This document shows, piece after piece, positions 13,085 to 24,151 of a stretch of 64,000 nucleotides of DNA. Every line of letters begins with the position of its first letter. The first letter of the stretch is position 1. The DNA is from Lytechinus pictus (Eukaryota). The DNA is taken from NCBI RefSeq assembly GCF_037042905.1, contig NC_087245.1, positions 3,350,001-3,414,000 of the forward strand, given 5' to 3'. The notes beneath the pieces were generated by a model that saw only the letters and a program-made list of their open reading frames with translations, was not told where the DNA came from and searched no databases. The position numbers were made by a program, and so were the translations under genes.

Positions 13085-16000
13085 CAAGTTTATTAGTGAC
13101 CCGAGTAACTGGGTGCTGGGCTGAAATACCAATTTTGATTGGGATAATGCCCATCTGTGACACAAAATGTTCGTCTGGTACGCCAAATGTCCATCCATGA
13201 CACTGGAAATGATTTCCTTCTAGTAAAAGTTACAGCTTGCTTCAAAATAACATACATATGTCAGGGTAGTCAACTTATTAGATTAACATCTGAAAATAAA
13301 TTGTCATGCTCACTGTTTCGTTTAGATAGACACAACAAAAGATCACTGACAAGTGTAGAAACCCATTTCTATCCTGTCCGTTCGTCGCATTAAATATTTA
13401 ATGCATTTTATATTTAGTAGGTAACCATGGCAACAAAAGTATATAAACATTTAATAATTTCAACGATACTCTTTGCAATGAACCATAGTACACATTCACA
13501 AATTTCATTACTTAGTTTTTACAAGTCTTTAAACTTTCAGAATTTGTTAAATGTAAGCCCATGACAAACTGATCAGGCTCTGCTAAGCTCTTTATTTAGA
13601 TTCACTTACTTAGCCATTTTCTAACATTGCTCCCCGATCATTTAAAATGGATGTCATAATATTCATATCGATATTATGATATCTTGTCATTTCTTTTTTC
13701 GTATGCAATAATATATATCATATATATATTTATATATACATAAAACTTCGATATACAATTTTGAAAAGTGTTTCCATGGGCTGCCATAAGAGGTGTTAAC
13801 AACGCATTATGTTTGTATTGTGATTTACACCTATACTACTTTTTTTGCATGCAATACTCAAAATTACCGACAATATAAACTTTCATAATGTGTTCATTTA
13901 TACTGACTCGGCCAAAAGCGATCTTCAACGTGTTTCAAACCAATATATTTGTCAATCAAATAAGTAAATCTCTCTTTTTACTCTGAGGAATGCTAACTGC
14001 ACAATCTCATTTTCTTTACTGTATCCCGCAAGCTTAAGGTGTCAATCATCTTCAGGCATTAAGAATATCTGTCATGTGCAAGTTCTCCTAATCCAGAATG
14101 CCCTCAACATGCCAAACATGCCAAACTGGAGTTATGATTGCTCTTGTCATCAGTATGATCGAGTAGACATGAAGAAAATGAAGGATGACATATTTGTAAT
14201 ATTACTATAAATAAAGTTCCATTTCATTCATCGGTACCCATCGCTATAAAAATTCAAAAAATCCTGCAGTGATTAGATTTTAGATGGGTTTTTTCTACTG
14301 TCTAAAACGTACAACTGCATAATTAGTCAAACATATAATGCGTGGACAAACTGTTTCAATTCAACTTCTTTCGTGAACATAATCGGCGTCTGCCTATATA
14401 AATAGATTATTATGTGTAGATGGACAGAAAGTCTAGCTAGATATATACCTTCGATTATCCATGTACTTAGATACATATAAATCGATATAATGACACATTG
14501 TTAATTACTGATGTTAAAATTTGCAATCCACGTTCAAATCAAAGGGTTTTATAGAAATAAGACACCATAGACAAAGACATTATATTTTGTTTGATCAGGG
14601 TTTTTTTTCCATGGAGGATGACTGGGTAGTCTACAAACGATTCCTAGATCTATAGCATATATAGTGATAATAACCGAATTATGGAGATGACATATGGGTT
14701 TGTTTGGATTAACGATTAGTGATGACTACTGTATTTCAATCCTATTGAAGTTAAAATGAATGACTTCCCTCTCAATAAAGCATCAATCCTATGATGGATT
14801 AGTGATTCTACGACAAAAATAGTAAAGGTAATCACGATAAAATATGAGATTCATTTGATCATGCGGTCAGCTTTTGAGCAGGTGAAAATGTCAACGGAAA
14901 GGGTGTTTTTTTTCCAAATTTCGTTTACGATAATATCACACTTGATCCATTGTACATATAGGAAAACTATCACGTTCAATTTGTTCTTAAAAGTCAAGTA
15001 GGATGATGTGACCATCGCCCAATATGACAAACATTATGGAAAATTCGTCGAAGAATCTCTAGTAGTCGACCAGTTAAAACAAGCTAGTGTGGTAGCGGGT
15101 CAGTAAAGATGCAACATATGGAGTATGCACTGTCGTAATTGACTTACCAGGAGTACATATTTTTCTTATTTGACGAGAGAAGAGCATGAGTAAAGCAACG
15201 CATTTCAATAAAAGCGGTTCCACTCCAATTGCAACGTGACTTGATGACGGAAGACCGAACAATGTCAGTGATTGCACACACACACACACCTCCAAAACAT
15301 CTGCGCTACAAAACTTTATCACTATCGGATTTATTTACAGAATCTGAAAATATGTTATGGAAGAAAAAATTATTTTGAATAATAGTCTAAACTTTCAGAG
15401 TAAATTACAATCACAAGATAGTTCCACCAACCGGGAGTCCATTCCCATCTCTTTCTTTCTCTAACCCCCCCCCCCCATTTTCCTACAAAACTCCCTCATC
15501 CCATGCCTCACTCATACACACACGGTCTCTATTTTTTTAATTAAATTATACGAAATTTTCATATAAAGTAAAATACTCTTTCCCCATATGCTTTTTTTTT
15601 TAACTTTTGCATAGACTCTATGATAATTTTCTCTCTTCCTCCTCTCCCCGTCTCTGTTTCTTTCTTCCATTCTCTATCCCTCGAACTCAATCCTACTGTT
15701 ATACTGTGTCAAATTGCAATTCCCAAAGAGTCTCCGACAGCTCAAGTGATAGTTAAACGGCGCCGGGATCTTAATATGGTTTTCCCTAGCTTCCATTAAT
15801 CGTTGGAGTCATTACCATCTAGATATGATAGATGCTATAATACAAACAATCCCAGCATGCTTTAGGTATTCGTTGAAATCGCTGAGGTAGCAGTCACATT
15901 AAACATCTATTTATCTTTGAGGAGACATGCTTATGTGGAGGAATTCCTATGCACATGACTTCTGAATTAAATCTAAACAACATTTTCGGGAATAAATCCT

Positions 16001-16454
16001 ACGTTCCCATTATGTCCTCCAATACTTTTTGTATGCTGCTATTTCAAAGAAAACTAGTGACAATGATAAGCTTATGGCATCTGGAAAAACAATACGCCGT
16101 ATTCTTGGATGTACATCAAGCATTATGTATAGACATAGACGCCTGCTTTCATTTTCCTGAGGAGGAAATGTCTTGAGACATGGTCATCTGTTTTCTGAAT
16201 GTATCAATCAGGTTTTATATTTATGGACGTTATAAACGTTATAATCAGTATTAAAGAATAATAACTATTGATTATTTCGGTCAGTTTTTAGCCTTAAGAT
16301 AGTCGTTCGTCTAATGAAGGACAACATTGACAGGTTACCTCACTCTATAAAGGGGGAAATGTGTTCCATTTTGTATCGTATTGATTCGAAAGGTGCACCG
16401 TTGCTCCAAGAAGGTTAAACTTACATATCTTATAAAGGAATATACGACAAAAGC

Positions 16455-16547
16455 ATTAATGTTCGGCAAGGTGTGTAGAAAGTATCCGTAAAATCATCTA
16501 ATTAATGTTCGGGAAGGTGTGTAGAAGGAATCCGTAAAACAGTCTAA
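16455..16547. repeat. 46-bp tandem duplication (2 copies)
   Basis: ATTAATGTTCGG(C/G)AAGGTGTGTAGAA...TCCGTAAAA at 16455 and 16501. Confidence 0.9.
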
Positions 16548-19500
16548 CGTTCTTAATCGTGTTATCAAGAACGACTCATGTGCACAAAGTTTTTGCGTAT
16601 GGACTCTCATTACATTCATATCCTTATTAATAGTGAATTATAAACCACGATAATTGGCTTTGATTGGTTTGTACTTGCTGTGATTTTATTATATCAATAG
16701 CATAACTTATAATTATATTCCCCATTAAATACTCATCAATATTCAACGCTAACTGGTAATAAACGTCTTCGCGTCTTTTATTTTTCCCAATTGGGATTTG
16801 GCCATGAAGATTCCTCAGGTTCCGACGAGAAGACTAGAGGGTCATTGGCCTCTCTGTTTTGTTTTGTTTTATCTCAGCTGATTCATCAGTGTTTAAGATG
16901 CAGACATTTCAATCAATAGTGATCGTAATTGGAACCTTACTAATTTCTTCTCCCTATCTCAGTGGTTAGGGATGCTTCGTAATGAACAAGAATGGACTGA
17001 TAATTAGCCTACCATTTTCAGTCTTACTGCAACGTCAAAACTCAATCTTGTTTTTTTTTTTTTATTCCAATCAGTGGGTGGATGTTTCTGATAAAGTGGA
17101 GATAAGCCTGGAATTTACAAGTAAATTTACATTCATCGTCAATGTTCTCATTCAAGTGAATCGCTATGAAGTAGATCTTAGCTTTCGTTATTTTTTCTAT
17201 AGTATTAGATGAATGTGTACTATGAATTTAGACTGAGTACCTCTTATAATGATTATACATTTAACTTGTACAACATAAACTATTTTCCAATTCAAGCAAA
17301 ATAGGAAATAAGAATTAAAATAAAATAGCATACACAATGACGATTCCACCAAGGTCGGATCAATTTACGGTAGGTTTATTATCTACGCTTCCGTCTAGTG
17401 ATATCATTACCTCAAGATTTCAAATTCTAATTCGTATGTATTGTGTCATTGCCAAAAGAATAAAAATATTACAATCACAATGCGTTTTGTAAAAAATGAA
17501 AATCAAAATATGAATCGAGATATAAATTCATAATGTTTTTTTTTCCTTGAGTAAAAATAGACAAAATATAAGAGCCAAGCATCATACATGGTCAATATCT
17601 GTGGACATGGACGAATCCATTAACAAGCAGAATATTGCAGTTCGTGGACCCTAATATAAATTAAATACGGTTTTAGTATTACCCTACGTACCCTATAATT
17701 ATTTCACTCTAGAAACAAAGCTGATGTTTTTGTCCAAATTATGCTGACGATTGACCAAATTTTTAAAACTTTATCTTAATATCTCAATAAAATGACTCAA
17801 AATATTGGTAAACCCAAAGCTACGTTTATTTGTTGAAACGTTTTAAAATGTACTAACGATGAATAAATTCATAATACACCACTCAAATAATGTATCGTTC
17901 CGTTGCTTTGAATTGAAAAGCTAGAGCTACGTAGGGGTGGCCAGGGCAATATGTCGACTTTAGTCCATTCAGTTCAGCCGCTGGTAGGTCACACTTACTC
18001 ATGCGTTGGTTGAAATCTTTATGACATACTGATGAATGACAACGGTCTGAATGGCTGAGATAATGTCTTCACCGGGCATCCTTAACAACCCTTGGTTTCC
18101 CAACAAAACACTCACATGCTAGAAGAAAAACTATTTTGTACAGATATGTTGATATCTTTCTAAGATTTGTAGTAAAATTCGCACCAATATTGTATTGTTA
18201 GTTTAAAAAGCTTAGCATTCTAGTGCTTCATAGTAATAATGACTTTTCTTATTGACTTTCCATCGTCCCTTACACTCCCATTCGAATTATTATCATTATT
18301 ATATTATTATTATTATTTGTATAATTATTACTATCATTACTTATTTGAACAAATCATTAAACAAACATGTATGACTTTCATACATGGTAAAAACAAACAA
18401 TGCAGAATGAGCCTTCCCCCAGCGTTGGTATGCCACTTTGGTATTTCGGCCTTTTCGCTTCTGTTGCATTGTACTTCAATTTGATAACTCTGATTAATCA
18501 GGGCATCTATTGTTATTCAGCATTTATTGTTGAGCATCACTAGCAATCATTATGCCTTATATCCAGGGTCTGTTTTCATGAATAGTTTAATCTCGTGTCG
18601 TGAGTAGTGGTTCCTAAAAATGGTGTGTTTTAATTGATATTAAAATGTGTAATTGAGGACATGATGTGTATATTGACAGTTCATCGAAGTATTGGCCCGT
18701 GATTTCACGGTGGTAGAATCACGTCCTAGGTAACAGCAAGTAGCTGGTACAAGCAGTGGAAAAAGTTAAGCATACTCTGAAAGACATTTCAAGGATAGCA
18801 AGTTAAGACGAATGTTTCAAAACGTGGAAGTGATTAGAGGTGGTTGTGAAGACCCTGTTTAAAAAGACTTCTCTGATGGTAAATCAAATTTTCTTTAGTC
18901 AGATTAATGTGACAAAATACAAAGTTCTTATTCTATACCAACAACATAACTATGCATAATATACCAGTAAACGAAAATCTTTCTTGCTTATTCTTTTGGT
19001 ATTTATAGAACGATTCTGTATGACACTCCAAAAGTTTACATAATCCCTTGCCTCTTTTGGGATCTTCATATGATTTCAGATAACATATCTGTATCAAGAA
19101 ACTCATCTTGAGTTTTGAATTTCCATATTCGACTTAGTCAAATAGTTAATTTTCATTCATGATATCAATTTTTGGCAACATCAGTTATCCCACTTTTGTA
19201 ATGTAAAGCGCGCAGACGATAATGTTCTTGTAAAAAAAAAAACATAAAATAAATGTACCAATTTTTATTATCAATATAATTGTTAATAATTACTATTATT
19301 ACTATCATTATCATTGTAATTAGAAGTAGGATTATATTCTATAGGGTCATAAATTGAGAAAATGAGATAATATGAATGACTACGTTGATTCTCATTCACC
19401 AAATGAATACCAATTTATCGTGCACAACCATTGAATATTTGCACTACGCACCACTTTTCTCGGAGTAACCATGTCTGAATCTGCTTATACTTATTGAGGA

Positions 19501-20648
19501 ATATTCCAAGTAGAGGCTTCGGGAATATATTATACGGATATTGTATCCGTGGTGGGTCTACTAATGGAGCCCATGCCACGTTTAATTACAACTGTGGATT
19601 GTTTCCTCTACTGCATGCTGCTTTAAAGCCTGGGGAATCATGTTCAATGAACTCCTGCACCCAGTTTTTTTCTTTTTTTCTAAACGTTCGTCTTATATCA
19701 AAGCTGTTCATTCTAGGGCACTGAATAACATTATTACCGAATCTGGGATCAACAATGATATTACTTGTGTTCTCACTTCATAGCAAGTGATCTGTAAATC
19801 AGAAAGTAATCAAAATCAATATAAAAAGTACTTGAGGGATTTTATCGAAGATTTTAAATTCTGTCCGGGACGATTTAAAAACAAAATGAGTGCTAATATA
19901 GCTTTCTCTCGGTGTCTCATGAGAAGGTATGAATTGTATTTAAACAGACCTGACAATTCCGTCATTCCGATGATTTTTGTTAGAATATATCTATTAAACT
20001 ATTTTATTTAACATAAAACAACTGCAATTACTTCATTTTGGAAATGTGGATTACATCTGATTATTTTCGCGGTTAAAACATTTCATTTGATTTTGTCCTT
20101 GGAGTTCATTATGATAGTATTTTTGGATTGGATGTTGTTGATACTGCGGGGGAGGTAATATTTTTTCGAGACAGATGTTTATACAGATGAAAATATCTCA
20201 TATCGGCAATTTGAAAGAATCTTACTCTCATTAAACAAGATTAATTGTCTGAATTAGGTTTATTGACATGATCACATAAAAAACTAGAAAAGAAATATTA
20301 CACCGTCCTCAAAATTAGACCGGTGGCAAATTAGGTTTAGCTGTAGGTTTAGTTTCTTTTTCCCGGATCGTCCTCCATGGAAAACTAATGTAAAATAAAA
20401 TATAAAATAGACATTCCCTTTCAGCACAGAAGTAAATATCAAGCACATATGAGGCGCCGAATGTACCATTATTATATAGAACAATTATTTGTTATATAAT
20501 CATTATTTATTAAATAATAACTATTATTTATATATAATTTACATTTTATTTGTAAATAACTACTATTATATAAAATATCATTTCTAATTATTTATATATA
20601 ATTCCAAGTAATACTTCATTATTTGTAAATAATAATAGTTCGACATTC

Positions 20649-20880
20649 CATTATTTATAAATAATGATTATTTGTTTTTCATTATTTATAAATAATGATT
20701 ATTTGTTTTTCATTATTTATAAATAATGATTATTTGTTTTTCATTATTTATAAATAATGATTATTTGTTTTTCATTATTTATAAATAATGATTATTTGTT
20801 TTTCATTATTTACAAATAATGATTATTTGTTTTTCATTATTTATAAATAATGATTATTTGTTTTTCATTATTTAGAAATA
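20649..20880 (+). repeat. 31-bp tandem array in left foldback arm (7 full units)
   Basis: Unit CATTATTTATAAATAATGATTATTTGTTTTT; the first 18 bp are a perfect palindrome. Confidence 0.93.
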
Positions 20881-22092
20881 ATTTGTTGAGTTTTCCATTA
20901 TTTATAAATAATGATTATTTGTTAAATAATGAAAACGTCTACTTCATTATTTATAAATAATTTTTTCGAGTGCACCATTATTCTCATTATTTATAAATAA
21001 TCATTATTTAATGTTCGAGTTTTCCATTATTTATAAATAAAGATTATTTGTTAAATAATGAAATATCTACTTCATTATTTATAAATAATAATTTTGTTTC
21101 AATATCCCATTATTTATAAATAATCATTATTTGTAAACAATTTTTACAGTTTGCCATTATATACAAATAATCATTATTTATATACAAATAACCATTATTT
21201 ATTAAATAATGGAAAACTCGCTATAACATGCAAATGTGGGACCGCCCATGATATGAATATTCATGATGCGATTTCCTTTTTCGTGATTTTTCTTCACAAA
21301 TTTTTGTCCATTTCCTCTTCATAATGACATTTCTTGAAGCAATTTTCTAGGGATATGGTCTGATTGTAATATTCTTCATTTTCTATATAACTTCGTCTTC
21401 GTAGAAATATCAAAAAGTGTAATTTTATACGATTTTTCCTACAGTTCACAATCCCCATAGGCGCGCGTGTACGGTAGGGACAACCGGTGAATCGACGGAG
21501 TGCTCTTCATCGAAATACTACGTTGGTTGGTCCCCGGAAGTGGCGGGCGGAATTTAGCCCGAATCCTCGATGGAAGTCGATCAAGTGCATATGAGCTGAG
21601 AGAGTGAAATATCAGTGTACTTGTACAGGCCCTTCTACTTTTTATAAATATTTCTTGTTGCTTTTTTTGTTAAGTTAATTTTTCCTGGTGTAGAGATAAG
21701 TTTCAGTTCTAATAATGCACTTCAAATACATTTTGGAGTGTCTGTTTGAGGCGTTTGGGGCGATTTCACCCTGGCCCCAAAATGCTCGCAACGACAATAC
21801 GGGGGCATGATGACCCCTAAATTTTTAAAAACTTATTTTTCTATTGAAAATTATCACAAAATTCACCAAAAGTGTGCACGAAAGCCTTCGTATTTCACTT
21901 TTAAAACTCCGAAAAGTGCCCAAATGACAAGCTTGGTCGCTTCGCTGTGTCGCTTTCAACTTGAGAACGTTTACGCGTCTGCTCCCCCCCCCCCCTCCTC
22001 CGAAAGAAATTCTGTATACGGCCATGCTCTAAAGAGCCTGGCACATTGATTTATGTATACTTTCATTTTCATTATTTTTATCTCATTATCAT

Positions 22093-22306
22093 CATGGCCT
22101 TACACAGAATTTTTACCGGGGGGGGGGGAGGGGCAGCTAGGACGCGCGTAAAGTTTCTCAAAAAAATCTTGAAAGCGAGACAGCGACGCGACCAAGCTCA
22201 AATGACAAGCTTGGTCGCTTCGCTTTCTCAAGATTTTTATGAGAAAGTTTACGCGCGTCCTGCTCCCCCCACCCCCCCCCCGGAAAAAATTCTGCGTAAG
22301 GCCATG
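22093..22306. mobile_element. Central MITE-like palindrome built from hAT-like termini
   Basis: CATGGCCTTACACAGAATTT / AAATTCTGCGTAAGGCCATG ends followed by G/C runs; related ends at ~22006-22026 and ~22372-22392. Confidence 0.6.
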
Positions 22307-23579
22307 ATGATAATGAGATAAAAATAATGAAAATGAAGTATACATAAATCAATGTGCCAGGCTCTTTAGAGCATGGCCGTATACAGAATTTCTTTCGGAG
22401 GAGGGGGGGGGGGGGGAAGCAGACGCGTAAACGTTCTCAAGTTGAAAGCGACACAGCGAAGCGACCAAGCTTGTCATTTGGGCACTTTTTGGAGTTTTAA
22501 AAGTGAAATACGAAGGCTTTCGTGCACACTTTTGGTGAATTTTGTGATAATTTTCAATAGAAAAATAAGTTTTTAAAAAATTAGGGGTCATCATGCCCCC
22601 GTATTGTCGTTGCGAGCATTTTGGGGCCAGGGTGAAATCGCCCCAAACGCCTCAAACAGACACTCCAAAATGTATTTGAAGTGCATTATTAGAACTGAAA
22701 CTTATTTCTACACCAGGAAAAATTAACTTAACAAAAAAAGCAACAAGAAATATTTATAAAAAGTAGAAGGGCCTGTACAAGTACACTGATATTTCACTCT
22801 CTCAGCTCATATGCACTTGATCGACTTCCATCGAGGATTCGGGCTAAATTCCGCCCGCCACTTCCGGGGACCAACCAACGTAGTATTTCGATGAAGAGCA
22901 CTCCGTCGATTCACCGGTTGTCCCTACCGTACACGCGCGCCTATGGGGATTGTGAACTGTAGGAAAAGTCGTATAAAATTACACTTTTTGATATTTCTAC
23001 GAAGACGAAGTTATATAGAAAATGAAGAATATTACAATCAGACCATATCCCTAGAAAATTGCTTCAAGAAATGTCATTATGAAGAGGAAATGGACAAAAA
23101 TTTGTGAAGAAAAATCACGAAAAAGGAAATCGCATCATGAATATTCATATCATGGGCGGTCCCACATTTGCATGTTATAGCGAGTTTTCCATTATTTAAT
23201 AAATAATGGCATTATTTAATAAATAATGGCATTATTTAATAAATAATGGCATTATTTAATAAATAATGGTTATTTGTATATAAATAATGATTATTTGTAT
23301 ATAATGGCAAACTGTAAAAATTGTTTATAAATAATGATTATTTATAAATAATGGGATATTGAAACAAAATTATTATTTATAAATAATGAAGTAGATATTT
23401 CATTATTTAACAAATAATCTTTATTTATAAATAATGGAAAACTCGAACATTAAATAATGATTATTTATAAATAATGAGAATAATGGTGCACTCGAAAAAA
23501 TTATTTATAAATAATGAAGTAGACGTTTTCATTATTTAACAAATAATCATTATTTATAAATAATGGAAAACTCAACAAA

Positions 23580-23843
23580 TTATTTCTAAATAATGAAAAA
23601 CAAATAATCATTATTTATAAATAATGAAAAACAAATAATCATTATTTGTAAATAATGAAAAACAAATAATCATTATTTATAAATAATGAAAAACAAATAA
23701 TCATTATTTATAAATAATGAAAAACAAATAATCATTATTTATAAATAATGAAAAACAAATAATCATTATTTATAAATAATGAAAAACAAATAATCATTAT
23801 TTATAAATAATGAAAAACAAATAATCATTATTTATAAATAATG
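23580..23843 (-). repeat. 31-bp tandem array in right foldback arm (8 full units)
   Basis: Reverse complement of the left array with one extra unit; the TACAA variant unit is in the mirrored position. Confidence 0.93.
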
Positions 23844-24151
23844 GAATGTCGAACTATTATTATTTACAAATAATGAAGTATTACTTGGAATTATATATAA
23901 ATAATTAGAAATGATATTTTATATAATAGTAGTTATTTACAAATTAAATGTAAATTATATATAAATAATAGTTATTATTTAATAAATAATGATTATATAA
24001 CAAATAATTGTTCTATATAATATTGGTACATTCGGCGCCTCATAAGCACAACATAGAAAGTAGTTTTTAACAGTTTGTGATTCTTTCTTTTTTAAAAAAA
24101 TTGGCAAAGGCTTCTTTACCCAAAGTATATATTTTCATGATTTTGAAATAA

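Larger units (their letters stand above)
20448..24044. mobile_element. 3.6-kb foldback (palindromic) non-autonomous DNA transposon; IS3EU-like termini and TSD
   Basis: Ends TATGAGGCGCCGAATGTACCA / TGGTACATTCGGCGCCTCATA. 6-bp TSD AGCACA (20442-20447, 24045-24050). Arms mirror each other up to a 9-nt loop at 22199-22207. Confidence 0.92.

Noticed and set aside
11985..13392. Larger DNA transposon marked by GTCACGGACGGACA / TGTCCATCCATGAC motifs around the HINE
   Set aside because: The motifs are present but termini and TSD could not be defined. The same applies to the fragment at ~49980-50306.
21807..22594. Mirror-image ORFs in the foldback centre as a transposase
   Set aside because: They are short, low-complexity, lack a DDE motif and simply reflect the palindrome.
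20448..24044. Palindrome as a chimeric-read or assembly artefact
   Set aside because: It has an exact TSD, unique flanks on both sides, and arm-specific copy-number and point differences. Read-level confirmation is still advisable.
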